The notes beneath the pieces were generated by a model. It had not been told where the DNA came from, ran no database searches, and saw nothing but the letters and a program-made list of their open reading frames with translations. A DNA stretch of 64,000 nt. Origin: the human T2T-CHM13v2.0 reference genome, Homo sapiens. The stretch lies in the NCBI RefSeq assembly GCF_009914755.1, contig NC_060937.1. The stretch is one strand, 5' to 3'. The translations under genes were made by a program, and so were the position numbers. Positions 26,669 through 40,894 of this stretch are shown here, piece after piece; within the stretch, counting starts at the first letter, position 1, and the number at the start of each line of letters is the position of its first letter.

Positions 26669-29126
26669 GGCTAAAGGGAAAGAGTCCTCCAGCTGTGTCT
26701 GGCAATAAAATCAGTGTGCTGAACAAGAAAAAAAGGAAGATTATCATCCGCCTGGACCCTGAAAGAAGAGAGGGAGTTTTCTAGCTCCCAAGAGGGGAGA
26801 GAAACTAGCTTCAAGTTCAAGGAATAAATACTATTTTGACTTACAAGTTGACATACCTCCTTAAGGCCAATATGCGGTCTATTTCCTAGGAGACTGTTCA
26901 ATTTCTTCTCCTTTAAAGATTTCATATTCCCCAGAAGCTAAGTCAAAGGATTCTTTTTAAGAGTGCAAGAAATCTCAACCAGATGGTACAATCTGACTCC
27001 TTCTCGCAGTCCCTGAAGTGTTCATACATATACAGGAAAAGGGTTTAGGGCTCAGGTACAGTGATCCCCTTTTCAACATTTGACTTGGTTTCTCAGGATT
27101 TGAACTTGGTTTGCTTTCAAAAGTGGCTGACTAAAGCAGTATCTGACATGTAATAATCCACAAGTCCCTCAGAAGCTTCAATATAACTAATCAGATCTCT
27201 GACACAGAAGCAGACTATTTTAGAACAGAAAAAATCCAAGCTACAGAAATAGAGCACCTAAACTTTCTTATTGCTCTATTAATAAAAGCTACTATATAAG
27301 CCCTTGATCATTTCTATAATTTTATACCATATTAATAACTTCAGCAGAATTTAAATTGGGTTCACATCAGATGGTGTTATCTTTTAACAACTTCCACACT
27401 AAGCATATAATTAAAATGCTCCAGTTTAAATATTTTCCCCAAGGTATTAACTACTAAGATATTCAGACAATGATGAGCTAAAGTTAGAGTGTTCATGGAT
27501 GATGGCTCAAGCTTTTAAGTACTTCAGATAGGGAAAAGGGATTTATTACAATGGGTCTAATTGATATAAAAGAGGAATGGTAAAAAGTTGCCTTTAATTA
27601 CTCAAAGGTCTCTTGATATATTAGCCTTTGGTCTTTTAAGTAACTAACCTCCGTCAGTATTTGACTAAATTTTCTCCTATGTGAATGTGACTGGGCAAAT
27701 ATTAAAGAAAATTTCCCAAATCAAAAGAAAGCTTTAAGCCATTTATGTGCCAGAAGTTCAGAAGTCCTGGGCTGGCTGATGCTGGCTTTGATCTTCTGTG
27801 ATTACTTCTATAACTTTGAGAGAGTCAGTGTTAGCACTCCTGGCCTTTGCCTTCTTCGTTAAGCAGCTCTGTCTTTCTTAAAGTAGTTCTGTTATCCACA
27901 GGGAAACTGAATCATAGAGAAGGTGGCATTTAATTGGGCTGTGAAGAACTGCTAGACTTGCCTGTGGTTGCAGAATGCCACAGCTCTCTCAGATTTGGGC
28001 CTCCTTTCTCTTTTACATTTGTGTCCCTGGACTATAAGTCTCATTTTACCAGTTCATCTGCACCCATATTTCCCCTGTTTCCTGAAAAGAAATAAGAAAG
28101 ATGACTCTTTTTGTCATATATTAAAGTGGACTCCAGAGGAGATATGGAAGCTTCTCTGGAGTGTCTGGGTGGTTGAGGGAATGGATAAACAGCAGGAGAA
28201 CTTTTTGTTCCCCCCTATAATGATTAAATTGTGATTAGTGTAAAAAAAAAAAAAAGTAAGTTTGAAGGAATTATGACTAGCTCTGGGACACTGAGATGCT
28301 GAGGTCCTCAGTCAGTCAGGCCCTGGGAAAACTACCCCCTAGAGCAGTAGAAGCTTGTGAAGCTGGGGAGGACTGTCAGTGTCAATACCTGCCACTTGCA
28401 CAAATCATTTGCTTGAATTGTTCATCTGGTGAAGTTAGGGATGACTTGAAGATATTTCCATAAGGCTTGCTATAGGGGCTTGCATGAGACAGGATCTCAT
28501 AAAATATGGTGCCATCTTGGGTCTTGTGGGACAGATGGGAATCTTGAAGAAATGACAGCTGATGAAAGAGAGCTGCTTCTGCTGGTGCTGGTACTGATGG
28601 TGTCAGCTAACATGTATTGTGTCCCAGGCACTTTGTAAAGTGCTTTATATGCACTTTCTCATTTAATTCTCAGATAAGTCTAATGACGGAAGGTAAACAA
28701 GCCATTTAACAAAAGAGGATTAATTTGTTTTCTTAGAAGAATGTTATTAGTATGTTTCAAAGCAGGAATGGGACTTGGGCAGAGCCTATGGTGTTTGACT
28801 GTACTATATGGCACTCTTATTACTGTTAAAGACTTTGCTTTCAAAGCCTGTCCAGAAGAGCTCAAGGAGACTAGACCCTATAGTAGGAATCCAGTAAGTT
28901 CCTGTGGACCTAGAGTTACCATCTTCTTCCCAGCCCCTGTCCTATAGAAGTATGTCTTCCTCTTGATCAGGGCATTAGGTATAGACAAGGGTGTGGTCTC
29001 TGGTCTAGGGCTGGAATTCTTTATTGGGCTCCTGGAGTTCTGTGTTGAGAAAGACCCAAGGCCACCTTCTGGCTTAGTTAGAAGTTAATATTTTCTCTGG
29101 ATGAATGGGGAGTAGTGAAATGCGTC

Positions 29127-31583
29127 TCTGTTAGGCTGTTCTTGCATTGCCATAAATAAATACCTGAGACTAAGAAACTAATAAAGAAAGGGGGTTTAAT
29201 TGACTCACAGTTCTGCAGGCTTTACAGGAAGCATGACACTGGTATCAGCTCAGCTTCTGGGGAGGCCTCAGGGAGTTTTTACTCACGGCAGAAGACAAAG
29301 TAGGAGCAGGCACATCACATGGCAGAAACAGGAGCAAGAGAGAGAATCGAGGGGTAGGGGTAGGTGCCACACACTTTTACAAAACAAGATCTCATGAGAA
29401 CTCACTCACTCATCACCAAGGGGGTGGCCCAAGCCATTCATGAGGGATCTGCCCCCATGATCTAAACACCTCCCACCAGGCCCTACCTCCAACACTGGGG
29501 ATTACATTTCAACATGAGATTTGGTGGGGACACAGATCCAAACCATATCATCCCACCCCTGGCCTCCAAATCTCATGTCCTTCTCACATTGCAAAATATA
29601 ATTATCCCCTGCACATAGTCCCCCAAATGTCTCAACTCATTTTAACATCACTAAAAAAGTCCAAAGTCCAAAGGCTCATCTGAGACAAGGCACGTCCCTT
29701 CCACTGATGAGCCTGTAAAATAAAAAACAAATTATCGACTTCCAATATGCAATGGTAATTATAGGCACTGAGTAAGCATTCCCATTCCAAAAGGGAGAAA
29801 TTGGCCTAAAGAAAGGGGCAATAGGCCCCACACGAATCCAAAACCCAGCAGGGCAGTCACTAAGTCTTAAAGCTCCAAAATAATCTCCTTTGACTCCATG
29901 TCCCACATCCAGGGCACACTAGTGCATGGGGTGAGCTCCCAAGGCCTTAGGTAGCTCCCCCACTGTGGCTTTGCAGGGTTTAGTCTCCAAGGCTGCTCTC
30001 ATGGGCTGGAGTTGAGTGCCTGTGGCTTTTCCTTGCTGAGAGGTGCAGGCTGCCAATGGATCTACCATTCTGGGGTCTGGAGGATGGCGGCCCCCTTCCC
30101 ATAGCTCCCCCAGGCAGTGCCCCATTGGGGACTCTGTGTGGATGCTCCAACCCCACATTTCCCATTGGCTCTGCCCTAGTAGAGGTTCTTCGTGAGGGCT
30201 CTGCCCTTGCAGCAGGCTCCCGCCTGGATATCCAGGCTTTTCCATGCATCCTCTGAAACCTAGGCAGAGGCTCCCAAGCCTCAACTCTTGCACTCTTCTA
30301 TATACCTGAAGGCTTAACACCACATGGAACCTGCCAAGGCTTACAGCTTGCACCCTCTGAAGCAGCAGCCTGAGCTGTACCTGGGACCCTTTGAGCCAAG
30401 GTTGGAGCCACAGTGATTGGGATGCAGGGAGCAATATCCCAAGGCTGCACAGGGCAGCAGGACCCTGGGCCTGGCCCACAAAACCATTCTTCCCGCCTAG
30501 GCCTCTGGGCCTGTGATGGGAGGGCTGCCATGAAGGTCTCTGAAATGCATTTGAGGTCTTTTTCCCATTGCCTTGGATATTAGCACTTGACTCCCTTTTA
30601 TTTATACAGATATTTCTAGCAAGTGGTTGCTCCATAGTCTGATTGAATTCCTCTTTACTTTTTCTCTGCCACATGACCAGGCTGCAAATTTTCCAAACTT
30701 TTATGCACTGCTTCCCTTTTAAATATGAATTTCAACTTTAAGTCATTTAGTTGCTCCCACATCTGGCAATAGGCTGTTACAAGCAGCCACGCTATACCTT
30801 AGACACTTTGCTGTTGAGAAATTTCTTCCACCAAATTCTATAAATCATCACTCCAAACTTCCACACATCCCTAGGGCATGAACAGAATGCAGCCAAGCTC
30901 TTTACAAAGTTGTAACATGGATGACCTTTGCTCCAGATTCCAATACATTCCTCATTTCCATCTGGGAGTTTGTCAGCCTAGATTTCACTGTCCATATCAT
31001 TATCAGCATTTTGGGCACAGCTATTTCAACGGTCTCTAAGAAATTACAAACTTTCCCTCGTCTTCCAGTCTTCTTCTGAGCCTTCCAAACTCTTTCAACC
31101 TCTGCCTGTCAACCAGTTTCAAAGCTGCTTCCACATTTTCAGTATCTGTATAGCAATGCCCCACTCCTCAATACCAGTTTTCCGTGTTAGATTATTCTTG
31201 TATAACCATGAAGAAATACTGGAGACTGGGTAATTTATAAATTTAGAAGAAGAGATTGAATTGGCTCATGGTTCTGCAGGCTTTACAGGAAGCATGGCAC
31301 CGATATCAGCTTAGCTTCTGGAGAGGCTTCAAGGAGCTTTCACTCATGGCAGAAGGCTAAGCGGGAGCAGGAACCTTACATGGCAAAAGCAGGAGCAAGG
31401 AGGGGGTCTGCTACAAACTTTTACAAAACCAGGTTTCATGAGAACTTATCTCCAAGGAGATGGGTTAAGCCATTCATGAGGAATCCACTGCCATGATTCA
31501 AACACCTCCCACCAGGCCCACCTCCACACTGGGGATTACATTTCAACATGAGATTTGGTGGGGCACACATCAAAACCAAATCA
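29127..31583 (-). mobile_element. Two-LTR MST (MSTA/MSTB-type) MaLR retrotransposon: 5'LTR 31183-31583, internal 29551-31182, 3'LTR 29127-29550
   Basis: Two direct-repeat LTRs, about 1.6 kb of MaLR internal sequence, a purine tract next to the 3'LTR, and 5-bp TSD gcgtc/gcatc. Confidence 0.93.
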
Positions 31584-31829
31584 GCATCCTGTGTGTTTCT
31601 CTCTTTTTCACTCGGACTTAGGGTGCTGAGTAAAGACAGATGGAAAAAGCACCGCCATTCTCTAGGGTTGCCTCTTCCGAGCCAGACCACTGAGAGTGAT
31701 CATAGTTATCGCCCTGGAAAGATACGAAGCCATAGGAGGACCAGTGGCAGGAAGAAAAGGGAAGTCAAAAGACTGATGGGCTGTGACTAAGGCTCCATGT
31801 TGTGTTAATGGGGGTGATATCAGTGGCAT

Positions 31830-32050
31830 TACCACTGAGTGCTGATATGTTCCAGGCAATATTCTAAGCACTTTACTCTAATGACTCCTTTCATACAACA
31901 ATTCCAATAATTAGGTACCACTTTTATCCCCATTTTAAGGATGAAAAATGAAGCACAGAGGGATTAAGCAACTTGTCCAAAGTCAGACACAAGTAAGAGA
32001 CAGAGCCAAGATCTGAACCCAAGCAGTCCTAACCACTTAACTATCAGCCT
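31830..32050 (-). mobile_element. MIR
   Basis: ttatccccattttaaggatgaaaaatgaagcacagagggattaagcaacttgtccaaagtca ... tgaacccaagcagtc. Confidence 0.85.
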
Positions 32051-33677
32051 TTCAAACTTTATCAAACCCAGAGATTAATGCTTACAATGAAGCCAAAGTA
32101 AAAACTAAACGATGACAGAAGAAAATTATTAGGTAAATGGCACCCTCTCTTGGGGGAAAGAGTAGTGGTGCTTTGGCAGAAATTATCCCCCCCACACACC
32201 AAATAAAACCATTAAATTTTGATAAACTCTGATTTTTATCTTCCTGCATATTGTTTTCAAAAATTTTAGAAAATGATCATACTATATTATAGATCATCCC
32301 TAACTTTTAAACTATACATGGCCCACCTCGGTCATGCCCACTGTGACTACATTCCCAGGAGCAGTTGCAAAAAGTGTGAAGCTTTTAGAGAGTCTGGGGT
32401 TCAAGAACTGGGAAAAATATGTGGCTATGATAGGAAGTGGCCCCCTGGGACAGATTTGCAGCCAGTAATTTATCTGCTTGGACAGCGGACGTCTCAAGCA
32501 CAGCCTTGTATGAAGTAAGTAGGACAGGAAGCCACGGGATGGAATCCTACCTGCCTGGGGTTTACACTGTGCCTGATGTGGTAGCAGGAAATCAGATGGG
32601 AAAGATTCAGATACCAGAAAGAACAGTTTGGACTTTATTTAGAAGACTACGTTGAGTCATCTGTGCTTCAGACTGAATGACAGGCACAGGGAGGAGGAGG
32701 ATCTAAATGAAAGAGCCGGGGAAGAAGAGCTGGTGGCATTGTCTCAGCAAGAGGCACTAAGGGCTAACCTGGTGCCCATCACAGGAGCAGAGGGGGGATT
32801 TATATGTGAAGTCCATGAGGGAAACAAGCATACTGACTTGCATTGGTATATACAAAGGGAAGATATGTTCAAGAATGATTCTGATGCTTTGTTTCTAGGT
32901 TTCTATAACGATATCAATAATGCATAAAGGAGGTGGGCGCAGCTGAGAGGAATGTTTGTTGTAAATGCCAACTCCTCCAAGAGGTCCTCCCAACCACGCC
33001 TTCCAAAGTGGGTTTCCCCTCGTCCACCCTTGAGTGCCTTCTCTAGTTCTGTCCCTTGTGTTTCTTTCATAACAAATCACAGTGTGTGGTGATTTTGTCT
33101 GGACTTGTTTGTGGCCTGTTACCCCTGCTGCAATGTAAGTTATGTGAAGACAGGCCCACATTTTCCCTGTGTCCCCTACCTAGGGCAGGGCCTGACCCAG
33201 AGCTATCAGCAGTTGTTTATTGAATAAATGCATGAATTGAATAAGTAAACATGTAGAGTTTGAAAGTTCACCAGGTTGTTCCAGCGGGCACATTACAATG
33301 TGGGACTGATTCCTTGAAGATGGGCTGGGATTCTCTATGACCATGTGGGAATCACATGGGTTCATGGTTGATATCACGAGATCTAAGGGATGAAGCCCCC
33401 AAAGGAGAGGGTGTAGGAAAAGAAAAGAAAGTCTGTGGACCAGCAGGGAGGCCTGCATCCGAGGGTTGTGGGGAGAAAGGACATCCAGTGAATGAGAAAG
33501 AAAGGGTGGTGGGAGACAGGAAGGGGCCACTGAGTCAAAGGAAGTGGGGGTGCTCAGAAGCTTCTGGTGCTGCACACCAGCTGGGAAAATGAAAACAGGT
33601 GAAAGACTGTTGTATTTGGTAACTAAGAGATCATTTAGAATCCTAAGGAAGGTAATCTGAAGGTAGACATCAGATTT

Positions 33678-33852
33678 TTTTAATATACTTTAGGTTCTGG
33701 GGTACATGTGCAGAACGTGCAGGTTTGTTACATAAGTATACACGTGTCATGGTGGTTTGCTGCACCCATCAACTCGTCATCTACATTAGGTATTTCTCCT
33801 AATGCTCTCCCTCCCCTAGTTCCCCACCCCCTGACAGGCCCCGGTGTGTGAT
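33678..33852 (-). mobile_element. Very short 5'-truncated L1PA (PA6/7-like) within L2 remnants
   Basis: L1PA 3'UTR ttctggggtacatgtgcagaacgtgcagg ... acaggccccggtgtgtgat. TSD tag(a/g)catcagattt. Confidence 0.9.
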
Positions 33853-34399
33853 AGGCATCAGATTTAAGGAATGAATGAGTAGCAAGAATGAGGAAGGGAC
33901 AATAAGCTCTTTGAAGGTTTTTGTGAAATAGAAAAGAGAATGTTTTTTGAGATGGACAGCGGATTTGAGGAAGAGGCCTTTTGAGAAAATAGATAAAGGA
34001 TGCTCAGCTCAGTTTTAGGAGGGAGTCAAGGGACAGGGAGAGACTGAGGGTCAAGCCGTGTCCCTCCAATGACTCCCGTTTTACTCTGTGTGTGTGAAAG
34101 TCGAGTCTTCACGATGCTCCCGAGTCCCTCCAAGTCCTCCTCATCACCATTCAGATCAAATGCTCTGCTTTCTCCTCCTCCTGTCTGTGGCAGCCATGCT
34201 CGTCCCTTTGCTGGCCCGAGCCCTGCCCTCATTCTTCTCTTGTCTTCTCCCTCACCTCCTTCCAGTCTTATCTTTCCACAGCCCTCCATGGTGAGGCCTT
34301 CCCCAGGTCACAACATCTACCCCACACTCTGCTTTGTTTTTTTTCATGGCATTTTGCACTGTATAGCATACTGTGGAATTCTATTCCGTAATGATTCTA

Positions 34400-34660
34400 T
34401 TTCTTTCTTGGAGGCAGGGTCTGTCTGTGTTGTCCAGGATCCCAGGCAACAGTCCAGTTGTGCGATCATAGCTCACTGCAGCCTCAAACTCCTAGGCTTC
34501 AGCAATCCTCCTACCTCAGCCTCCTGAGTAGCTGGGGCTACAGGTGCACCACCATGCCCAGCTTTTTACATTTTTTATTTTTTGTAGAGACAGGGTCTCC
34601 CTATGTTTCCCAGGCTGGTCTCAAACTCCTGGCTCCAAGCAATCCTCCTGCCTTGTCCTC
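34400..34660 (-). mobile_element. AluJ, 5'-truncated, within L2
   Basis: gatcatagctcactgcagcctcaaactcct ... tttgtagagacagggtctccctatgtt are AluJ diagnostics. Confidence 0.85.
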
Positions 34661-35184
34661 TCTTTATGCTATTTTATATTTATTGTCTATCCCCGACTAC
34701 AAGAATATGAGCTCCAGAATTGGACAGGGGCAGGACAGGAGCAGAACAGTGTCTCAGGAACATGCTCAGTAACTAGTATAATAAAATTAATGAATATAGT
34801 CAGGTCAGAATTAAATTTGACAAAATATTAGCTTAACAACTGACAGTCATTCCCCAGTGCCCATTTGTCCTTAGGTCAGATTCATAACTCAATCTCTTCC
34901 TGGAGAAGAATCTGCCTTTCCCTACTGGAGAGTGGATAAAAGTCTGCTAATTTGTCTTAAGCCATCATTGCTCTTTCCTAAAAGGCAACTGAGATTTGAG
35001 GGATTGAGAATGTAAATCAGGGACAGCTTTATTGGTTTTACATTCCTCAAGTTTCAAAAAATAAAGTAAAATTTAAAAAAATAGATAAGGAAATCATGGG
35101 AAGAAATAACAAAGGTAAGAAAATGATACGAAGCCAGAGTTAACATCAGCACATCCAAAATGAACACCACACCACAAAGATAAC

Positions 35185-35900
35185 ATTTAACACCTGTTAG
35201 GATGGCTCTTATTAAAAGGACAAAAGATAACACATGTTGGTGAAGATGTGGAGAAATAGGAACCTTTGTATACTGTCGGTGAGCGTGTAAAATGGTGCAG
35301 CCATTATGGAAAACAGTTCACTGGTTCCTTGAAAAATTAACACTAGAACTACCATATGACCCAGCAGTCCCACTTCTGGGTATATACTCAAAAGCATTGA
35401 AATCGGGGTCTCAAAGAGATATTTACACTCTCATGTTCATTGTGGCACTATTCATAATAGTCACGATGTGGAAACGAATATCAACAGATGAATGGATTGT
35501 CTTTAAATGTGGTATCTACGTAAAGCAGAATACCATAGGGCCTTTGAAAAAGAAGAGAAATCTGCCATTTTTGACAACATAGATGAATTTTGAGGACATT
35601 ATCCTAAGTGAAATAAGCCAGTCACAGAAGCACAGATACTGTGTGATCTCAACTACATGGGGTATCTAAAAAGGTCAAACTCATAGAAGCAGAGAGTGGA
35701 ATGGTGGTTGCCAGGGGCTACAGGAAGGGGAGGTGGGGGTGCTGCCGTTCGTTGGGTATAAAGTTTCATGTATGCAGCATGAATACATTCTAGAGAGCTG
35801 CTGTACAGGTTTATGCCTCGAGTTAACAAAGCAGGATTGCACACTTGCCATTTAAGAGGGCAGGTCTGTTATTAAGTGCTTTTACCACCATTTTAAAAAT
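35185..35900 (+). mobile_element. L1MB1/2-like 3' fragment
   Basis: ORF2 C-terminal remnant [31 protein letters not shown], followed by 3'UTR ending ttaagtgcttttaccacc. Confidence 0.85.
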
Positions 35901-38455
35901 GCCTACCACAGGGACCTGCTAGAGGCAGCCAAATCAAAGAGCAAAAAACCATGTGTTGAAAGATTCATGGTGCCCCTGAGGTAAAGCACCCCCCTCAGGA
36001 GGAGTCTGGCCCCAAAGGGAGGTCTCAGGCGCGGTGGACAGCATCCTCTGCCGCATGCCTGTCACAAAACATGAGCAAGCTTCTAGCACTACTTCTCAGA
36101 GCCAAGCGAGTCAGAGCCAAGCACAGTTTAGTGCCGGCAAATCCCTGAGGGCTAAGCAGTTCAGCAGAGAGAAGCTCTCTGGGAAAAGGGATGGAGGTGG
36201 AGAGGCACAAATGGGAACTCCCCCTCTTTGAGGTCTCCCTCTGGCATTCTCTGAGTTTCTAGTTCTCTGAAGTTTCATCTCTCCCTATGGGGAGGAACAA
36301 TGTGGACAGGCACGTGGGGCTGGTACCATGCCCCGAGCATGAGCACACGCTCCCTGTGTATGGAAGCTCGTGTGGCTGGCCCTGTGAGCTCTCAGCATCA
36401 CAAGGCCCTTTCTGTCGAGCAGCTGCTGCTCCTTATCCTGCATCTGGTGGCATCTGATTGCTATTGAAGCTGGCACGGCCCTCTGACAGGCACACAGCCA
36501 CCTGAGCAGATGGCGGGCACATGAGCCGCATCAGGGAGCTGTGGCATGCTCTGAGGGCAAGCCCGGGGATCTTCCTTGTTACCTGTCACCATCAGAGAGC
36601 GTCTTCTCTGTCCCTTGTAAATGTTATTGACTTTACCCAACTAAGTTTGTAAACTGAAGAGTTTCAGAGGCATTCTGCTATTGAAAGTAAAATTAGAAAT
36701 TTAAAGTTAAAGATATCCTCTTCTTTATTTCAAATTCTTCTGGGGCCTGTAACCTTAAGCATCCTTCTAGTCTATGCCTTTAAAAATAGGACTGGAAATA
36801 AATCTTTGAAATGCATTCTGGCTTCCTGATCTCCTAGTAAAGGATTCCTCTTCTCTCGGTTTCTGCCAGCATCCACCATTGGCAACTTCTTCTAATTAGG
36901 GCCTAACTTGTACTTTCTGTCCCTGCAACAGCTTCTGAGTGAAGGTGGATGAGTGAGAGGTTATGAGAGGAGTCTGCTACTGTCTTCTTCCATCTATCTT
37001 TCTTCCTGAATTTTCCATTTTTCCTCCCGAATTTTACTCTTCAACCAAACCAGACTGCTTGCCAATCATGCACTTCCTTAATGCTGGGTCTTTACTCATG
37101 CCATCCCTTCTCCTTCACAGTTTTTCCCTGTCTTTACAGATCCAAGTCTCACCTAACTGTCAAAACCCACCTGGAGTGTCTCTGTTAGTACCTTCGCATA
37201 TCCCCTTGGGCTGAGCTCTTCTTGTTCTTTCTTGGTGCTGTTAAGATATGCTCACTTTCTTCCTGTTTATTGGAGTTTGTGTTTCTGTCTTGTTCCTTTG
37301 CTGGACCAAGCAGCTCGTGTGTTCATCAGTGATTTGCCAAGTGTGGGTTTATAACAATAACATCAGCCAGCATTTGCTCGATGCTTACTGTATCTTTCCT
37401 GAATTTCTGCAAATAGACACAGTCACATGAAATATGAACTTCTGGGGATTATAGGCCAGACCCCTCATGTCCTTATCCCTGAGGTTTAGCACAGTGCCTC
37501 AAACATCAAGGGTGACCAATCAATGTTTTGTGGATAGATGATGTAAGGATTTATATAAGCACCAAAGCTTGCTGTGAGGGTTTATTGTGCTTAAGCCATC
37601 TTTTAAAACTTTCCCCTCACTCTTAGTCTTAATGCTTCCTCTTTGAAAGAGATCCAGAATTTGAAACTTTTCATATCTAACGTTTTCTCTGTGGTATCTC
37701 AACTTTTCTTAGTCAAATATTTCATTTTGAAAAAGAAATAAATAGCTTTGTGGCAATGGCAAGATCTCAGGTTTACTTTAGGCCTTTAATGTGAGAAAGA
37801 AAATATACACTTCGGTTAAAATATGCAGAATGGGGAAATAAAACATTCAGTTGATACTTTAATAATTAAACTAAATATTATCACCAAGTGATAAATGCTG
37901 CTAAGTCAATGAAATATGCATCAGTTAGCTAATCATGCAGCTGGAACATTATACAATTTGATTGCCTAGGATTGTTAAAAAAAATCAGTGAAGAGAGTAG
38001 TTTAATGATTATAATATTGATATCCAAAGTCAGCGAAACTCATTTCTTAGAGTTTGGCTATGATGCCATCTTCTTATTAATGACTGTTTTGCTTTTCTTC
38101 TGCAGCCTTCCTCTTCCTTGAGAACCTCATTTTGGTCTGGTTAGTGTTTATACCCTGTTGCCATTATTTCTTTTGGGAGTTTAGGCTGAGTTATTGGTAT
38201 TCCTAATAAATGAAGTAGTGAAAAGTGCACTGAATATGGATCAGAAGCCCTAAGTTCTCACTCGAACGTCAGTCACAGTCAGTTATCCTTTTGAGGAGGT
38301 TGAGTAGGAATCACTCATTACTTTGTAGGGGGATATCAAGTGACCTATAAAACTACCTTCCTCCCCACAGTCCCAAAAATTTTACAAGAGAGTTTTCTTC
38401 CCTTAGCACAGGCTTCTCTGGCCTGAATTTGCATGTGTCTTCCTTTTTCAGCAGC

Positions 38456-38825
38456 TGTCTTAGTTTTCTTTGTGCTGCTATAACAAAATACCATAGACTG
38501 GGTAATTAATACAGAACAGAAACTTACTTTCTCACAGTTCTGGAGACTGTGAAGTCCAAGATCAAGGGGCTGACAGATTTGGTTGTCTATTGAGGGCTGC
38601 ACCCTCTGAGGGGAAGAACTTTGTGTCCTCATATGGCAGAAGGAATGTGGAAACAGGGAGGAAAGTCCAGGTGCCAAAGGCAATATGAAGCCTCTTTGAT
38701 AAGGGCCTTAATCCCATTCATGAGGGAAGAGCCCTCATAGCCCAATCACCTTTAAGCCCCCATCTCTTAATACTATCACATTGGCAACATCTGAATGTTG
38801 GAGGAGACACATTCAAACCATAACA
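38456..38825 (-). mobile_element. MSTC/MSTD-like MaLR solo LTR
   Basis: tgtcttagttttctttgtgctgctataacaaaataccatagactggg ... acacattcaaaccataaca. Confidence 0.88.
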
Positions 38826-39749
38826 GTAATGTAGGACCAGAGCAGCTCAGACTTACACCTGATTCTGCAGGAGTATAAGAAAAGTGAAGGGGTTTAAGGA
38901 GGAACTGAGTATCACCCTCCTTACATAGGAGCTTGGTCATTTTGCTTTAATGAATGGGATGCAATAGTAGGTTTCAGGAATGCTTTTTTAAGTATTATGT
39001 AAGAATATGTTATCAGAAGACAGAACAACCCTGGGACAGATTGGTTGGAATCCACTGTAGTCACAATGCAGGGATAGGGGACAGAGAATAGGAATAAACA
39101 CTTCACCAGAAAAGAACACTAGGAGTCTCTCAGGGGAGAGGTGAAGAGCTGAATCACAATTTAAGGAACTTGTTCCAGCCAGGGGATCTAGAGAAAAAAA
39201 TCTTTTGAGATTTTTCTTAAAGACATAATTCAAGTACCGTAAAATTTACCTCTTTAAAGTGTATAATTTAGTGACTTTCAGTATATTCACAAGGTTATGC
39301 AATATCACCCCTATTTAATTCGAGAACATATTTAATCACCCCAGAAGGAAACCCTGAATCAATTAGCAGTCACTCCACTTCCCTTCAGCCCCTGAAAGCC
39401 ACTCATCAACTTTCTGTCTCTCTGTCTATTCTGGACATTTCATATAAATGTAATTATATAATATTTGTCCTTTTGTAAATGTTTTCAGGATTCATGCATG
39501 GTATATAGCATGTATCATTACTTCATTTCTTCTTATGGCTGAATAATGTTCCATGGTATGGATATACCATATTTAGTGTATTCATTCATCAGTCGATGGG
39601 GGGCCATTTGGGTAGTTTTCACTTTTTGACTTGTGAATAATGTTGCTATGAACATTCATGTACAAGCTTTTATGTGAACATACGTTTTCAGTTTTCTTGA
39701 GCATATACTTAGGAACAGAACTGGTAAATCACATGGTAACTCTATGGGG

Positions 39750-40080
39750 TTTTTTGTTCTGTTTGTTTTTTGTTTTGTTTGTTTGTTTGTTTGTTTGTTT
39801 TTGAGACAGAGTCTCGCTCTGTCACCCAGGCTGGAGTGCAGTGTTGTGGTCTCGGCTTGCTGCCAGCTCCACCTCCCAGGTTCACGCCATTCTCTTGCCT
39901 CAGCCTCCCGAGTAGCTGAGACTACAGGTGCCCGCCACAACTGGCTAATTTTTTGTATTTTTAGTAGAGACGGGGTTTCACCGTGTTAGTCAGGATGGTC
40001 TCGATCTCCTGACCTTGTGATCTGCCTGCCTCCGCCTCCCAAAGTGCTGGGATTAGAGGTGTGAGCCACCACGCCTGGCC
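39750..40080 (-). mobile_element. AluY-like element with (GTTT)n tail
   Basis: ttcacgccattctc and ccgtgttagtcaggatggtctcgatc. TSD aactctatg. Confidence 0.9.
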
Positions 40081-40401
40081 AACTCTATGTTTAACACATT
40101 GAGAAACTACCAACCTTTTCTCCAAAGCAGCTGCACCATTTTATACTCCCATAGCAATGTATGAAGATTCCAGTTTCTCCACATCCCTATCAATACTTTT
40201 TATTGTCTATATTTTTATTATAGCTATTCTGCTGGGTTTGAAGTGGTATCTCATTGTGGTTTTGATCTGCATTTCCCTAATGACAAGTGAACACCTTTTC
40301 ATGTACTTATTTCCCATTTGTATATCTTGTTTGGAGAAATGTTTATTCAAATCCCTTTCTCATTTTTAATTGGGTTATTTGGCTTTTTATTGAGTTTATA
40401 A

Positions 40402-40704
<303 letters not shown>

Positions 40705-40894
40705 TATAAAAATTCTTTATATATTTTGTATACCAGACCGTTATCAGATATGACTTGCAAATATTTTCCCCAATTCTGAGTCCTTTTGACTTTTTAAATA
40801 GTGTCCTCTGAAGCACAAATTTTTTATTTCATTGCAGTCCATTCACTTCTTCTTAAGTTTTATTGTTTTTTAGATTTAAAAACTCTTTGTTAAT

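Noticed and set aside
32273-32927. Run of overlapping + strand ORFs in unique sequence, one acidic and protein-like
   Set aside because: No recognisable family, no convincing splice-site pair, and no poly(A)/TSD of a processed pseudogene. tBLASTx or PhyloCSF would settle it.
34069-34527. 152-aa Ser/Pro-rich ORF
   Set aside because: Translation of a pyrimidine-rich tract running into L2 and AluJ sequence.
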